Source of the DNA: Squalus acanthias | Lineage: Eukaryota | Direction of reading: 5' to 3' | NCBI GenBank assembly: GCA_030390025.1 | Contig: CM059432.1 | Location: 5,580,001-5,644,000, forward strand | DNA: 64,000 bases | Shown: positions 10,565 to 21,790 of the stretch, piece after piece | Layout: each line of letters starts with the position of its first letter | Numbering within the stretch: the stretch's first letter is position 1 | Notes under the pieces: model-generated | Databases searched by the model: none | The model's input: only the letters and a program-made list of their open reading frames with translations | What the model was told of the DNA's origin: nothing | Position numbers and translations under genes: made by a program

Positions 10565-11500
10565 TGTAAGGGGTTTTCTCCGATACCGGTCCCCCGTTAC
10601 ACACAGTCCTTGGACGTCAGGATTTATAAGAACAAAATACACACGGCACAGGGTTTTGGCTCAACCTTTGATTCGTTCGTTTATTGAACACACACACACA
10701 CACAATTACTTCCCTAGTATAAATCCCTACGATTTATATCAGGCTAACAACCCCAAAATACAAACCCCTACGCAAGGGTCATTTGCATCGACACAATGTG
10801 ACACAGTTAAACCCTTCCACGATTTGACTGTTACATATAAAGTTACCCAGACTCAATCACAAAACTCTTATTGTGATCTGACTGAAACTCGCAAACTTAC
10901 TCAGACTCAATCATAAAAGGCCCCTCTATGATTTGACAGAAACATACAATCACCACTCCCAATCGGCTGTCTCTTGGAGTTGATTGTAGGCCCGAATCTT
11001 TCTGTTCGCTGTTCTGCCGTCGGCTTCCCACACCACTGTCTTCGAAGTGATCTTACTTTAAACCAAAACCAACTTGCAGTATTTCCTGGCCCCCTTCTGA
11101 GCGTACGATTCATTTCAAAATGTGTGAATTGTCCATTGATTTGAGATATCTTTCTGACAATGCAACCCTCCCAAAGTGACTGCATATGCGAGGTTGTTGG
11201 TTTCTGTTAGCATTTGTATTTAAAAGGTTCGAGGCCCGTCCCATTGTCTAGGCCTACACTGAAACTAGTTATTCAGGGGCCATGGTCTAAGGTGGACAAT
11301 GAAACCCCTTAAGGTAAATTAATATGCGAATGTTCTTGTTCAGAAGCATTCGTATTTTAGATTGTGATCCAGTCATAGTTTTGGCTGCAATGTTTGAATT
11401 AACCCTCTATTACCGAGTCCTTTTTGCTGGCTCTGCAGTTCTGGGTTTTTATATTTCATAGTCCAATTTTTACCGTTGGGGGAGAGGAACGGATCCTACA
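10565..11500 (-). mobile_element. 936-bp solo LTR (ERV- or Gypsy-type), 4-bp TSD CCAG
   Basis: TGTAAGG...CCTACA termini; CCAG at 10561-10564 and 11501-11504; minus-strand AATAAA at 10685-10680; cleanly interrupts CR1 ORF1. Confidence 0.85.
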
Positions 11501-12128
11501 CCAGAGTTCTAGCGAATCGAATAACTAGGGAGGTAGATAGGACTTTAAACTAAATAAGGTGGGGGGAGGGTCCCGGTGGAGAGAACTCTAGAATGCTAAA
11601 GAGAAAAGACAAGGAAGCAGTGCAGGAAAGTGATTGGGGTAAGGATAACCAGATTGTGTCAGGAGGGGACAGAGCGTATAATCAAAAGAGTGCACTAACA
11701 AATAGGGTCAGGGTAAGAAAAAATGGTAAGACAAATAGGGCCATAGTATAAAAAAATGTTAAGATGTCTAAAAATGTTAAAAAGACAAATCTAAAGGCAC
11801 TGTATCTGAATGCACGAAGCATTCGTAATAAGGTAGATGAATTAACAGCACAAATAGATGTAAACGGATACTGTCGTAAGAATGAGCCTTATGCGTGGTG
11901 AACTTAAAGTAAGCTTTAATCAACTAAAAAGGTGCTACATACAAAAGAGGTCTTACTCTATGCCTCTCCAGGATCCAACTGATCAGTCCAGTATTTATCC
12001 TGGACTAATCACAGGAAGTGATGCAATAAAGTTCGAGTCACAGGAAGCTGTATTGTGTTACCACATTCTCCCCCCCCAAAAGATTAGGAGGCCGGGATGA
12101 AGTTCGAGTCACAGGAAGCTGTATTGTG

Positions 12129-13636
12129 TTACCACATTCTCCCTCCATTTCGTAGCCGCTGGACGAGGGAGAGCCGCACCCGTTTGGGTTCTCGTAGCGG
12201 TAGAGGGCCCCTAGCCCGTTTACCCGCCGCGGGCCGTGGACCAGAGTCCGAGTGATCCAGCCCGCTCTGTGAGGGGTCAGGACGATCCTGACTGTGTACT
12301 GGTGCCCGAACGGGTGTCGGGCAGGGCTGTGGCAGATCCGTTTCCGAGCGTACGGTACAGGGTGGATCGTGGCTGCGCGTGCGAGCCCCGACGGGCTCAT
12401 AGTCAGTCTGCCCCAGGTCGGCACGCTGGAGTGAGGTACCAGCCGGCGTCAGATCCAGATCGTGATGAGAGGCACCTGGCGAGCCCAGAGATGTGCCTGG
12501 TACAATATCATCCCCTGGTGTCCCTCTATGTTTCGGCGGGCAGGGAGCCAGATCCCGCAATGACACGGTAGATTCCCGACCGTCAGGATACCGAATATAG
12601 GCGTAGGTAGGGTTGACGTCAGTGAGCTCAACCTCATCTACCAGGGGGTCATTCTTAGACGCCCGGACATATCTTCGGAGTAGCACTGGTCCCGGTGCAG
12701 TCAGCCACGACGGGAGAGATATCCCATAGGATGAGCGACGCTGAAATCGGAAGAACCGTTCATGAGGCGTCGTATTTGTGGCGGTCGAAAGTGTAATGCG
12801 TCTGGAAGTACTGCTTCCCATTGCTGGTTGGGTAGGCCCCGAGATCTCAAAGCCAGATGTACCGCATTCCAGATGATAGCGTTAAAACGCTCGACTTGCC
12901 CATTCCCAACCGGATGATAAGGCGTCGTTTTGCTGGCAGCAATACCCCGTTCCGAGAGATAGGCCTTGAGTTCTCCTGACATAAAAGAAGGGCCCCGATC
13001 CGAATGAACATAGGATGCCGTACCACAGAAAGCAAATACCTGCTCAAGGCAGCTGATAACCGTGGTCGTCAGCATATTGGGGCAGGGAAAGGCAAACGGA
13101 AAACGGGAATACTCATCGACCATGGTCAATAGATAAGTGTTGCGAGTTGAAGAGGGCAACGGCCCCTTAAAATCGATGCTAAGCCGTTGCATTGGCTGGG
13201 TCGCATGTATGAGTATACCACCCGAGGGGCGGAAAAACCGAGGTTTCAATTCCGCACAGACTCTGCAGTCCGAGCACATCTTCTTTACATCCCCGGTAGA
13301 GAATGGGAGATTTCGGGACCGCACGAAGTGTAGCATGCGAGTAACGCCCGGATGACACAACCCATCATGGATGTCTACGAGCGTAGAGGGTGCCATGGCG
13401 GAGCAGAATGCTCGTGTGAGGGTATCCGGAGCCACATTCTCCTTGCCAGGTCGATAGTGGATGGTGTAACCAAAAGAGGCCAATTCCAGCCGCCAAAGCT
13501 GGATTTTATTATTTTTAATTTTGGTCCGTTTTCGATTATCGAGCATGAAGGCGACCGATCGCTGGTCCGTGATTAAGGTAAAGTGCTGGCGAGCTAGGAG
13601 ATGACTCCACTTCCGTACTGCCTCTATGATGGCTGT
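12129..13636 (-). pseudogene. Gypsy RNase H C-terminal half plus integrase, frameshifted near 12790
   Basis: EATAIIEAVRKW..TDQRS; HHCC (HDGLCHPG..CSDCRVC); DDE core (SIDFKGP, HSDRG, NGQVERFN). The C-terminus continues in another frame (STATNTTPHERFF). Confidence 0.88.
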
Positions 13637-14904
13637 AGCTTCTTATGCTGCTTTTGAAAATCCAGCCCTAAGATAAGATCACTACATAAGTCCTTGAGCA
13701 CCGAAAGCCGGGTGGAGGGATACCTGCGACCATTAAGTGTTATTTCAACCATACAAAAGCCAGAAATTCTGGTATTAAGTGATGACTGAGCCATCGCAAC
13801 TGCCTGGTCCGATGGGAAAACATGTAGCTTTAACTCTGCAACAATCTGTTCCCTAATGAAACTATCAGTGCTACCTGAGTCAATTAAGGCATCTAAAGTA
13901 TGTCCATTAATTGATGCTTTTGTAGCTGCATGGAATAGGTTCTGAGGACAAGCAGCTGTAATTGGTGTCGTTGCACAAAGAGTGGCTGAAACTCTAGGTG
14001 TGTTTCTTCGAGAGGAAGCACGATAGATTTTAGCCGGAACATCTTGATAGGCCCTTACCGGGGCAGTTCGGTAGGACTTAGCTTGATAAGCCCTCGTAGA
14101 GGCTCTTGATAGGCAAACCTTTGCAAAATGACCCTTTTTGTTGCAATGACTGCAAAACGCATTGCGAGCAGGGCAGAATTTCCGAGGGTGGAACTCATCA
14201 CCACAAAAGAAGCATTTCTTAGATTGCCAAGAGGCTGCCACAGTGGGGTCATCATCCTCTTCATCAGTGAAGTCATCAGATTGATCGTCAGGGATAAAGA
14301 CCTCCCTAATAGAGTTCACCTGTGGCCTCTTAAATTGCCTGACTGTAGTTAAGGCAGTAGACCGAGGTCTGGGCACTGTATAAAGGTCTGCATTTCTTTT
14401 TGCCAGATCTAGAGAGCAAGCCATGTCATAAGCTTTCTGAAGCTCAAGTATCTTACTTTCCAGTAGACGCTGGCGTATAAATGGGGAGGCAAGCCCGCAG
14501 ATGAAAGCATCACGGATCATTTCTTCACGGTACAGCTCAGCTGAGGCCGCCCGAAAGTTACAGTCCATACTAAGTCTGCGAAGATCTTGGAGGAATTTAT
14601 CAATGGATTCCTCCGGCCCTTGTTGGGCTGTTGCTAGTAGATGTCTGGCATAGACCTCATTCGGTGTCTTAGTATATAGTCTCTTAAGCGTCCGAATTGC
14701 CTCCTTGTAACTGTCCCATTTCTCCACATACTGAAATACATTCGGGGTGACACAGTTGATGAGTATCCGCAACTTTGAGTTATCATCAGCCTTACAATAT
14801 TCAAGAAAATTGTCAAACGTGCAATACCAGTGTTTCCACACCTTACCGGCTGCTGGGGTGTTTGGGTCCAAGTCAAGACGCGATGGTTTAAGGATGTTTT
14901 CCAT
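13624..14904 (-). CDS. Gypsy gag-protease ORF (zinc knuckles, aspartic protease), truncated by internal deletion
   Basis: CFFCGDEFHPRKFC and CSHCNKKGHFAKVC knuckles; LIDSGS protease motif; ILGLDF. Confidence 0.85.
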   Translation of the reverse strand: MENILKPSRLDLDPNTPAAGKVWKHWYCTFDNFLEYCKADDNSKLRILINCVTPNVFQYVEKWDSYKEAIRTLKRLYTKTPNEVYARHLLATAQQGPEESIDKFLQDLRRLSMDCNFRAASAELYREEMIRDAFICGLASPFIRQRLLESKILELQKAYDMACSLDLAKRNADLYTVPRPRSTALTTVRQFKRPQVNSIREVFIPDDQSDDFTDEEDDDPTVAASWQSKKCFFCGDEFHPRKFCPARNAFCSHCNKKGHFAKVCLSRASTRAYQAKSYRTAPVRAYQDVPAKIYRASSRRNTPRVSATLCATTPITAACPQNLFHAATKASINGHTLDALIDSGSTDSFIREQIVAELKLHVFPSDQAVAMAQSSLNTRISGFCMVEITLNGRRYPSTRLSVLKDLCSDLILGLDFQKQHKKLQPS

Positions 14905-17631
14905 GATGGGTGATTCCCTGGATCCTTAGTTCCGAGTTCGTCCAAAAAGTTTGAGTGCGAAGTTTTCCAAAGTTGATTAAATTGTCGTAAGAATGAGCCT
15001 TACGCGTGGTGAACTTAAAGTAAGCTTTAATCAACTAAAAAGGTGCTACATACAAAAGAGGTCTTACTCTATGCCTCTCCAGGATCCAACTGATCAGTCC
15101 AGTATTTATCCTGGACTAATCACAGGAAGTGATGCAATAAAGTTCGAGTCACAGGAAGCTGTATTGTGTTACCACAGATACGATATAATTGCAATTACAG
15201 AGACATGGCTGCAGGGTGACCAAGACTGGGAGCTGAATATCCAAGGATATTCGATATTTAGGAAGGACAGGCAAAAAGGAAAAGGAGGTGGGGTGCCGTT
15301 ATTAGTAAAGGATGAAATCAGAGCAATAGTGAGAAAGGATATTGGCTCAGAAAATCAAGATGTAGAATCAGTCTGGGTGGAGCTAAGAAGAACCAAGGGG
15401 CAGAAAACATTGGTGGGAGTTGTATATAGGCCTCCAAACAGTAGTGGTAATATAGGGGATGGCATCAAACAGGAAATTAGAGATGCATGTAACAAGGGTA
15501 CTACAGTAATCATGGGTGACTTTAATCTACATATAGACTGGCCAAACCAAATTAGCAGTAATACTGTGGAGGATGAATTCCTGGAGTGTGTACGAGATGG
15601 TTTTTTAGACCAGTACGTTGAGGAGCCAACTAGGGAACAGGCTATCCTAGATTGGGTATTGTGCAATGAGAAGGGGTTAATTAATAATCTTGTTGTGCGG
15701 GGTCCTTCAGGGAAGAGTGACCATAACATGATAGAATTCTTCATTAAGATGGAAAGTGAAGTAGTCCAATCTGAAACTAGGGTCCTAAATCTAAACAAAG
15801 GAAACTACGAAGGTATGAGGAGGGAGTTGGCTATGATAGATTGGGGAGCTTCATTAAAAGGCATGACAGTGGATAGGCAATGGCTAACATTTAAGGAACG
15901 AATGCATGAATTGCAACAGTTATACATTCCTTTCTGGCACAAAAACACAAAAGGAAAAGCGGCCCAACCATGGCTAACAAAAGAAATTAAGGATAGTATT
16001 AGATCCAAAGAGGAGTCATATAAAGTTGCCAGAAAAAGTAGCAAGCCTGAGGATTGGGAGCAGTTTAGAGTTCAGCAAAAAAAGACCAAGAGATTGATTA
16101 AGAGGGGAAAAATAGAGTATGAAAGTAAACTTGCAAGGAACATAAAAGCAGACTGTAAAAGCTTCTACAAGTATGTAAAAAGAAAAAGATTAGTGAAGAC
16201 AAATGTAGGTCCCTTACAGTCAGAAACGAGAGAATTTAAAATGGGGAACAATGAGATGGCTGAGCAATTAAACAAATACTTTGGTTCTGTCTTCACGGTA
16301 GAGGACATAAATAACTTCCCAGAAATGCTAAGGAACCAAGGGTCTAGTGAGAAGGAGGAATTAAAGGAAATTAGTATTAGTAAAAAAATAGTGCTGGAGA
16401 AATTCATGGGACTGAAAGCTGATAAATCCCCAGGGCCTGATAATCTGCATCCCAGAGTACTAAAAGAGGTAGCCATGGAAATAGTGGATGCATTGGTTGT
16501 CATCTTCCAAAATTCTATAGATTATGGAACAGTTCCTGCAGATTGGAGGGTGGCAAATGTAACCCCACTATTTAAAAAAGGAGGGAGAGAGAAAACAGGG
16601 AACTACAGACCAGTTAGCCTAACATCAGTAGTAGGGAAAATGCTAGAGTCTATTATAAAGGATGTGATAACAGGACACTTAGAAAATATCAACGGGATTA
16701 GACAAAGTCAACATGGATTTATGAAAGGGAAATCGTGTTTGACAAACCTACTGGAGTTTTTTGAGGATGTAACTGGTAGACTAGATAAGGGAGAACCAGT
16801 GGATGTGGTGTATTTGGATTTTCAGAAGGCCTTTGATAAAGTCCCACATAAGAGGTTAGTGTTCAAAATTAAAGCACATGGGATTGGGGGTAATATACTG
16901 GCATGGATTGAAAATTGGTTAACAGACAGGAAACAGAGAGTAGGAATAAATGGGTCTTTTTCGGGGTGGTAGGCGGTGACTAGTGGGGTACTGCAGGGAT
17001 CAGTGCTTGCGCCCCAGCTATTCACAATATATATCAATGATTTGGATGAGGGAACCAAATGTAATATTTCCAAGTTTGCTGACGACACAAAACTAGGTGG
17101 GATTGTGAGTTGTGAGGAGGATGCAAAGAGGCTTCAAGGCGATTTAGACAAGTTGAGTGAGTGGGAAAATACATGGCAGATGCAGTATAACGTGGATAAA
17201 TGTGAAGTTATACACTTCGGTAGGAAAAACAGAAAGGTAGAGTATTATTTAAATGGTGATAGATTGGGAAATGTTGATGTACAAAGGGACCTGGGTGTCC
17301 TTGTACACCAGTCACTGAAAGCAAACATGCAGGTGCAGCAAGCAGTTAGGAGGGAGGGAGAGAGGGAAAGGGGTAGGGAGGTTGGAGGGGGATAGTGCAA
17401 GGCAAAAGGGTGTGGGAATGGGACAAGTATAGAAACAAAAGATGGGTCTAGAGAAGCTGGAAATAGCAACAGCAGAAACATGACCAATAACATTACTCGG
17501 ACTTGGTGCGAGTTAGGGTACGGGCAGCAGAGTTTTGGATGCGTTAACTTTTACGGAGGGTGGAAGATGGGAGGCCAGCCAGGAGAGCATTGGAATAGTG
17601 CAGTCTGGAGGTAACAAATGCATAGGACACT

Positions 17632-18632
17632 AATGTGGTTGACTCTTAACTGCCCTCTGAAATGGCCTAGCAAGTCACTCAGTTGTACCTAACCGCTACA
17701 GAAAACAATAAGAATATTAAAACCAGACAGACCACCCGGCATCGACCTCGGCACCGGCTTCGGACACGACAAAGGCACACCCAGCCCAGTCGACCCTGCA
17801 AAGTCCTCCTCAGCAACATCTGGGGACTTGTGCCAAAATTGGGTGAGCTGTCCCACCGACTAGTCAAGCAACAGCCTGACATAGTCATACTCACAGAATC
17901 ATACCTTTCAGCCAATGTGCCAGACTTCTACATCACCATCCCTGGGTATGTCCTGCCCACCGGCAGGACAGTGGAGGTGGCGGCACAGTGGTATACAGTC
18001 GTGGGGGGAGTGGCCCTGAGTGTTCTCAACATTGACTCTGGACCCCATGAAGTCTCATGGCTTCAGGTCAAGCCTGGGCAAGGAAACCTCTTGCTGATTA
18101 CCACCTACTGCCCTCCCTCAGCTGATGAATCAGTACTCCGCCATGTTGAACACCACTTGGAAGAAGCACTGAGGGTAGCAAGGGCACAGAATGTACTCTG
18201 GGTGGGGGACTTCAATGTCCATCACCCAAGAGTGGCTCGGTAGCACCACTACTGACCGAGCTGGCCGAGTCCTGAAGGACATAGCTGTCAGACTGGGCCT
18301 GCGGCAGGTGGTGAGAGAACCAACATGAGGGAAAAACCTACTTGACCTCATCCTCACCAATCTACCTGTCGCAGAGGCACATGTCCATGACAGCATTGGT
18401 AGCAGTGACCACCGCACAGTCCTTGTGGAGACGAAGTCCCACCTTCCCTCCATCATAAGGTCAGAAGTGGGGATGTTCGCTGATGATTGCACAGTGTTCA
18501 CTTCCATTCGCAACTCCTCAGATAATGAAGCAATCCATGCCCGCATGCAGCAAGACCTGGACGACATTCAGGCCTGGGCTGATAAGTGGCAGGTAACATT
18601 CATGCCACACAAGTGCCAGGCAATGACTATCA
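17632..18632 (+). mobile_element. Family-2 LINE copy with 5' region and endonuclease, internally deleted and joined to RT MFADD segment
   Basis: KVLLSNIWGLVPKLGELSHRLVKQQPDIVILTESYL..WVGDFNVHH; junction at about 18445 to IRSEVGMFADD. Confidence 0.85.
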
Positions 18633-18757
18633 ATGACGATTTGCCCTAATATCTCCTTATGTATCTCGGTGTCAAATCTTGTTTGATAACGCTCCTGTCC
18701 AGTGCCTTGGGGAATTTTACTACATGAAAGGCACTGTATAAATACAAGTCGTTGTTA

Positions 18758-19083
18758 TGATGTAACTAGGACCCCGATTGCCATTGCTGGTCTGAATGGG
18801 AGGAGCGTGAGCCGTATAGGCTCTGACCAGTATCACCTGGCGGGACCCGGCCAAAGAGGATCCCTGACATGAATCTGTCATTCATGACTAATGAAATAAT
18901 ACTGAGTGGCCAGCGGGTGGCGCTGTCCAGGGAGAGTATAAATACTCGGGCACGGGCCCAGCTTGCGCAGGACATTCTTAACAGGAACTAGAAAAGGACA
19001 CAACTAGACCTCCATGTTGTAAAACAGTTGATTAAAGCTTTGTTTAACGCTTAGACCAAGTGCCTCGTAGTTTTCTTACGTCA
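18758..19083 (+). mobile_element. LTR remnant related to the Gypsy LTR at 14983-15176
   Basis: TGATGTAA...TTACGTCA inverted termini, TATAAATA, and the shared motif AGTTGATTAAAGCTT (19026-19040). No TSD found. Confidence 0.6.
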
Positions 19084-19761
19084 ATCCCAAAAGCAAGTTC
19101 CTCTTCGTTTTTATGGAATGCTCCCCTCCGCCCCCAGGTGCCACAAAACAAGCCTGGGCCGCGGCCCCTCTGGATCCAGAGATCGAGGCACCTCCCCTCC
19201 TTACTTGCCATCTTGTGACCCGGTGTCTGGCTGGGCTGCCCGATATTGCGACGCCCTGGGGAAGCGCGACCTCCAGGCGCAGCCCACCCGGCCCGGTGCC
19301 AATGAGGCCCGAACCCTCAAAGCCAACCGGGCCCACCGGGTATTCCGCCAGTCAGTCAGCCACCCAAATCTACTCAGGGGTAGGGGGTGGGTGCAGGAAT
19401 GGGGGTGAAATCCACCCAATGGTCTGCAAGTAGGAACAGGCTTTACGGCTGAATGGTCTTTGCTCCTTCAGTACTTTCTCATGTTCTGATTACATTTTCG
19501 CATGATTATTTTTTAATATATTTGTATTAATTAATTACAACATGAACAACAATAAACTGTAAAATAATGCTATTCTAATTTCTCTAGAGGGTGCTATGCA
19601 CCAAAGCTTTGATCTATGTGCCACAGCTTTTGGTGTTCACTCCATACATAGTGTTGTCCCTACAGAAAATGAACACAATGTCAATCATTAACCCGTGTAA
19701 CTTACCATTTTTCGCTCATTTGTTTACCTGCTGTTATTAATAAGATTAGCTGGGTCTCTCT

Positions 19762-20963
19762 CTTCTCTCTTAGGCAGTCCCTCGGAACCGAGGATGACTT
19801 GCTTCCACACTAAAAATGAGTTCTCAGGTGACTGATGAGTCCAATGCGGGACCTACAGTCTCTGTCACAGGTGGGGCAGACGGTGGTTGAAGGGGCGGGA
19901 GGGTGGGTGGGGTGCTTGGGTTGACGTGCGCACCTTCCGCTGTTTGCGCTTGGCTTCCGCTTTCTCCCGGCGAAGAGACTCGAGGTGTTCGGCGCCTTCC
20001 CGGATGCTGCTCCTCCACTTTGTGTTGTCTTGGGCCAGGGATTCCCAGGTGTCGGTGGGGATGTTGCACTTTTTCAAGGAGGCTTTGAGGGTGACCTTGA
20101 AGCGTTTCCTCTGCCCACCTGGGACTCTCTTGCCGTGTCGGAGCTCCGAGTAGAGCGCTTGCTTTGGGAGTCTCGTATCGAGCATGCAGACAATGTGACC
20201 CGTCCATCGGAGCTGATCGAGCGTGGTCAGAGCTTCGATGCTGGGGATGTTGGCCTGAGCGAGAACACTGACGTTGGTGCGCCTATCCTGCCAATGGATT
20301 TGCAGGATCTTGCGGAGGCAGCGTTGGTGGTACCTCTCCAGTGCTTTGAGGTGCCTGCTGTACATGGTCCATGTCTCTGAAGCATACAGCAGGGCGGGTA
20401 TCACTACTGCTCTGTAGACCATGAGCTTGGTGCCGAGTTTGAGGTCCTGGTCTTCAAACACTCTCTTCCTCAGGTGACCGAAGGCTGCACTGGCACACTG
20501 AAGGTGGTGTTGGACTTCGTCATCGACGTCTGCCCTTGTTGACAGTAGGCTCCCGAGGTATGGAAAGTGGTCTACGTTGTCCAAGGCCTCATCGTGGATT
20601 TTGATAATCGGGGGGCAGTACTGTGTGGCGGGGGCAGGTTGGTAGAGGACCTTTGTCTTACGGATGTTTCGTGTAAGGCCCATACTCTCGTATGCTTCGG
20701 TGAAGGTGTTGACGATGGTTTGGAGTTCGACCTCCGAGTGAGCGCAGACGCAAGCGTCGTCTGCATACTGTAATTCGACGACAGAGGAAGGGACGACCTT
20801 GGATCTAGACTGGAGGCGACGGAGGTTGAACAGTTTCCCGTTTGTTCTGTAGATCAGCTCCACTCCAGTGGGCAGCTTACTGAGGGTGAGATGGAGCATT
20901 GCAGCAAGGAAGATCGAGAAGAGCGTTGGTGCGATGACACAGCCTTGCTTCACCCCATTTTGA
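19762..20963 (-). mobile_element. 5'-truncated RTE-clade LINE with 59-bp flanking duplication
   Basis: GVKQGCVIAPTLF, LQYADD, FPYLGS and LRWTGH motifs; purine-rich short-repeat tail. Confidence 0.92.
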
Positions 20964-21027
20964 TACCATTTTTCACTCATATGTTTACCTGCTGTTATTA
21001 ATAAGATTAGCTGGGTCTCTCTATATC

Positions 21028-21751
21028 AATAAAGAAAGACATGCATTTCTCTAGCGCCTTTCACGACCTTAGGACGTCCCAAAGTGCTTTACAGCCAATA
21101 AAGTACTTTTGAAGTGTAGTCATTGTTGTAATGTGGGCAACGTGGCAGCCAATTTGCGCACAGCAAGATCCCACAAACAGCAATGTAATAATGGCCGGAT
21201 AATCTGTTTTTAGTGATGTTGATTGAAGGATAAATATTGGCCAGGACACCGGGGATAACTCCCCTGCTCTTCTTCGAAATAGTGCCATGGGATCTTTTAC
21301 AGCCACCTGAGAGAGCAGACGGGGCCTCGGTTTAACATCTCATCTGAAAGTACTGCACTGGAGTGTGAGCCTAGATTTTTGTGCTCACGTCTTTAGCGTG
21401 GGACTGGAACCCACAACCTTCTGACTCAGAGGGCTGGATTTTGTCTTGGGGTTGGGTTGGGGTCGTGTCATCCGCATTTCGTGTTGCCCCCCCGACTCCA
21501 GATTAATGTGGATCAATGATGCAATGATGCAATTTTCACTTAATTGGGCAATTGAGTTCCAGCATGTGGGAACCCATGAACTAGTGGTTTAAGTCTGAAA
21601 GTCGCCTCTGATGATGTCATCATTCCTGCTGCATTGCAGGTGAGAGACTGTCTGCCTGGTATCAGAGACTGTCTGGCTGTTGCTGAGAGAGGACCTGCCT
21701 GGCTTTTGAAGTGATTGGACCTGGATGCAAATTTATATATGTATGAGACAC

Positions 21752-21790
<39 letters not shown>

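Larger units (their letters stand above)
11872..15176 (-). mobile_element. Ty3/Gypsy LTR retrotransposon, 194-bp LTRs, 5-bp TSD GATAC, RT deleted
   Basis: LTRs 11872-12065 and 14983-15176 differ at one base; TG..CA ends; GATAC at 11867-11871 and 15177-15181; polypurine tract GGGGGGGGAGAA next to the 3' LTR. Confidence 0.96.
10505..17350 (+). mobile_element. CR1 LINE (ORF1 esterase C-terminus plus nearly intact ORF2), split by two LTR insertions and lacking its 3' end
   Basis: Removing the inserts restores ELFRWDRLHLNHAGTRVLANRITREVDRTLN* and ORF2 from ATG 11764 (..LYLNARSIRNKVDEL..VNGY|DIIAITETWL..). The frame stays open to a single TAG at 16970, then continues through KFADD. Confidence 0.93.

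Noticed and set aside
14993..16972. 659-aa ORF as a novel protein
   Set aside because: Chance in-frame fusion of antisense LTR sequence with the interrupted CR1 ORF2. The true N-terminus is at 11764-11871.
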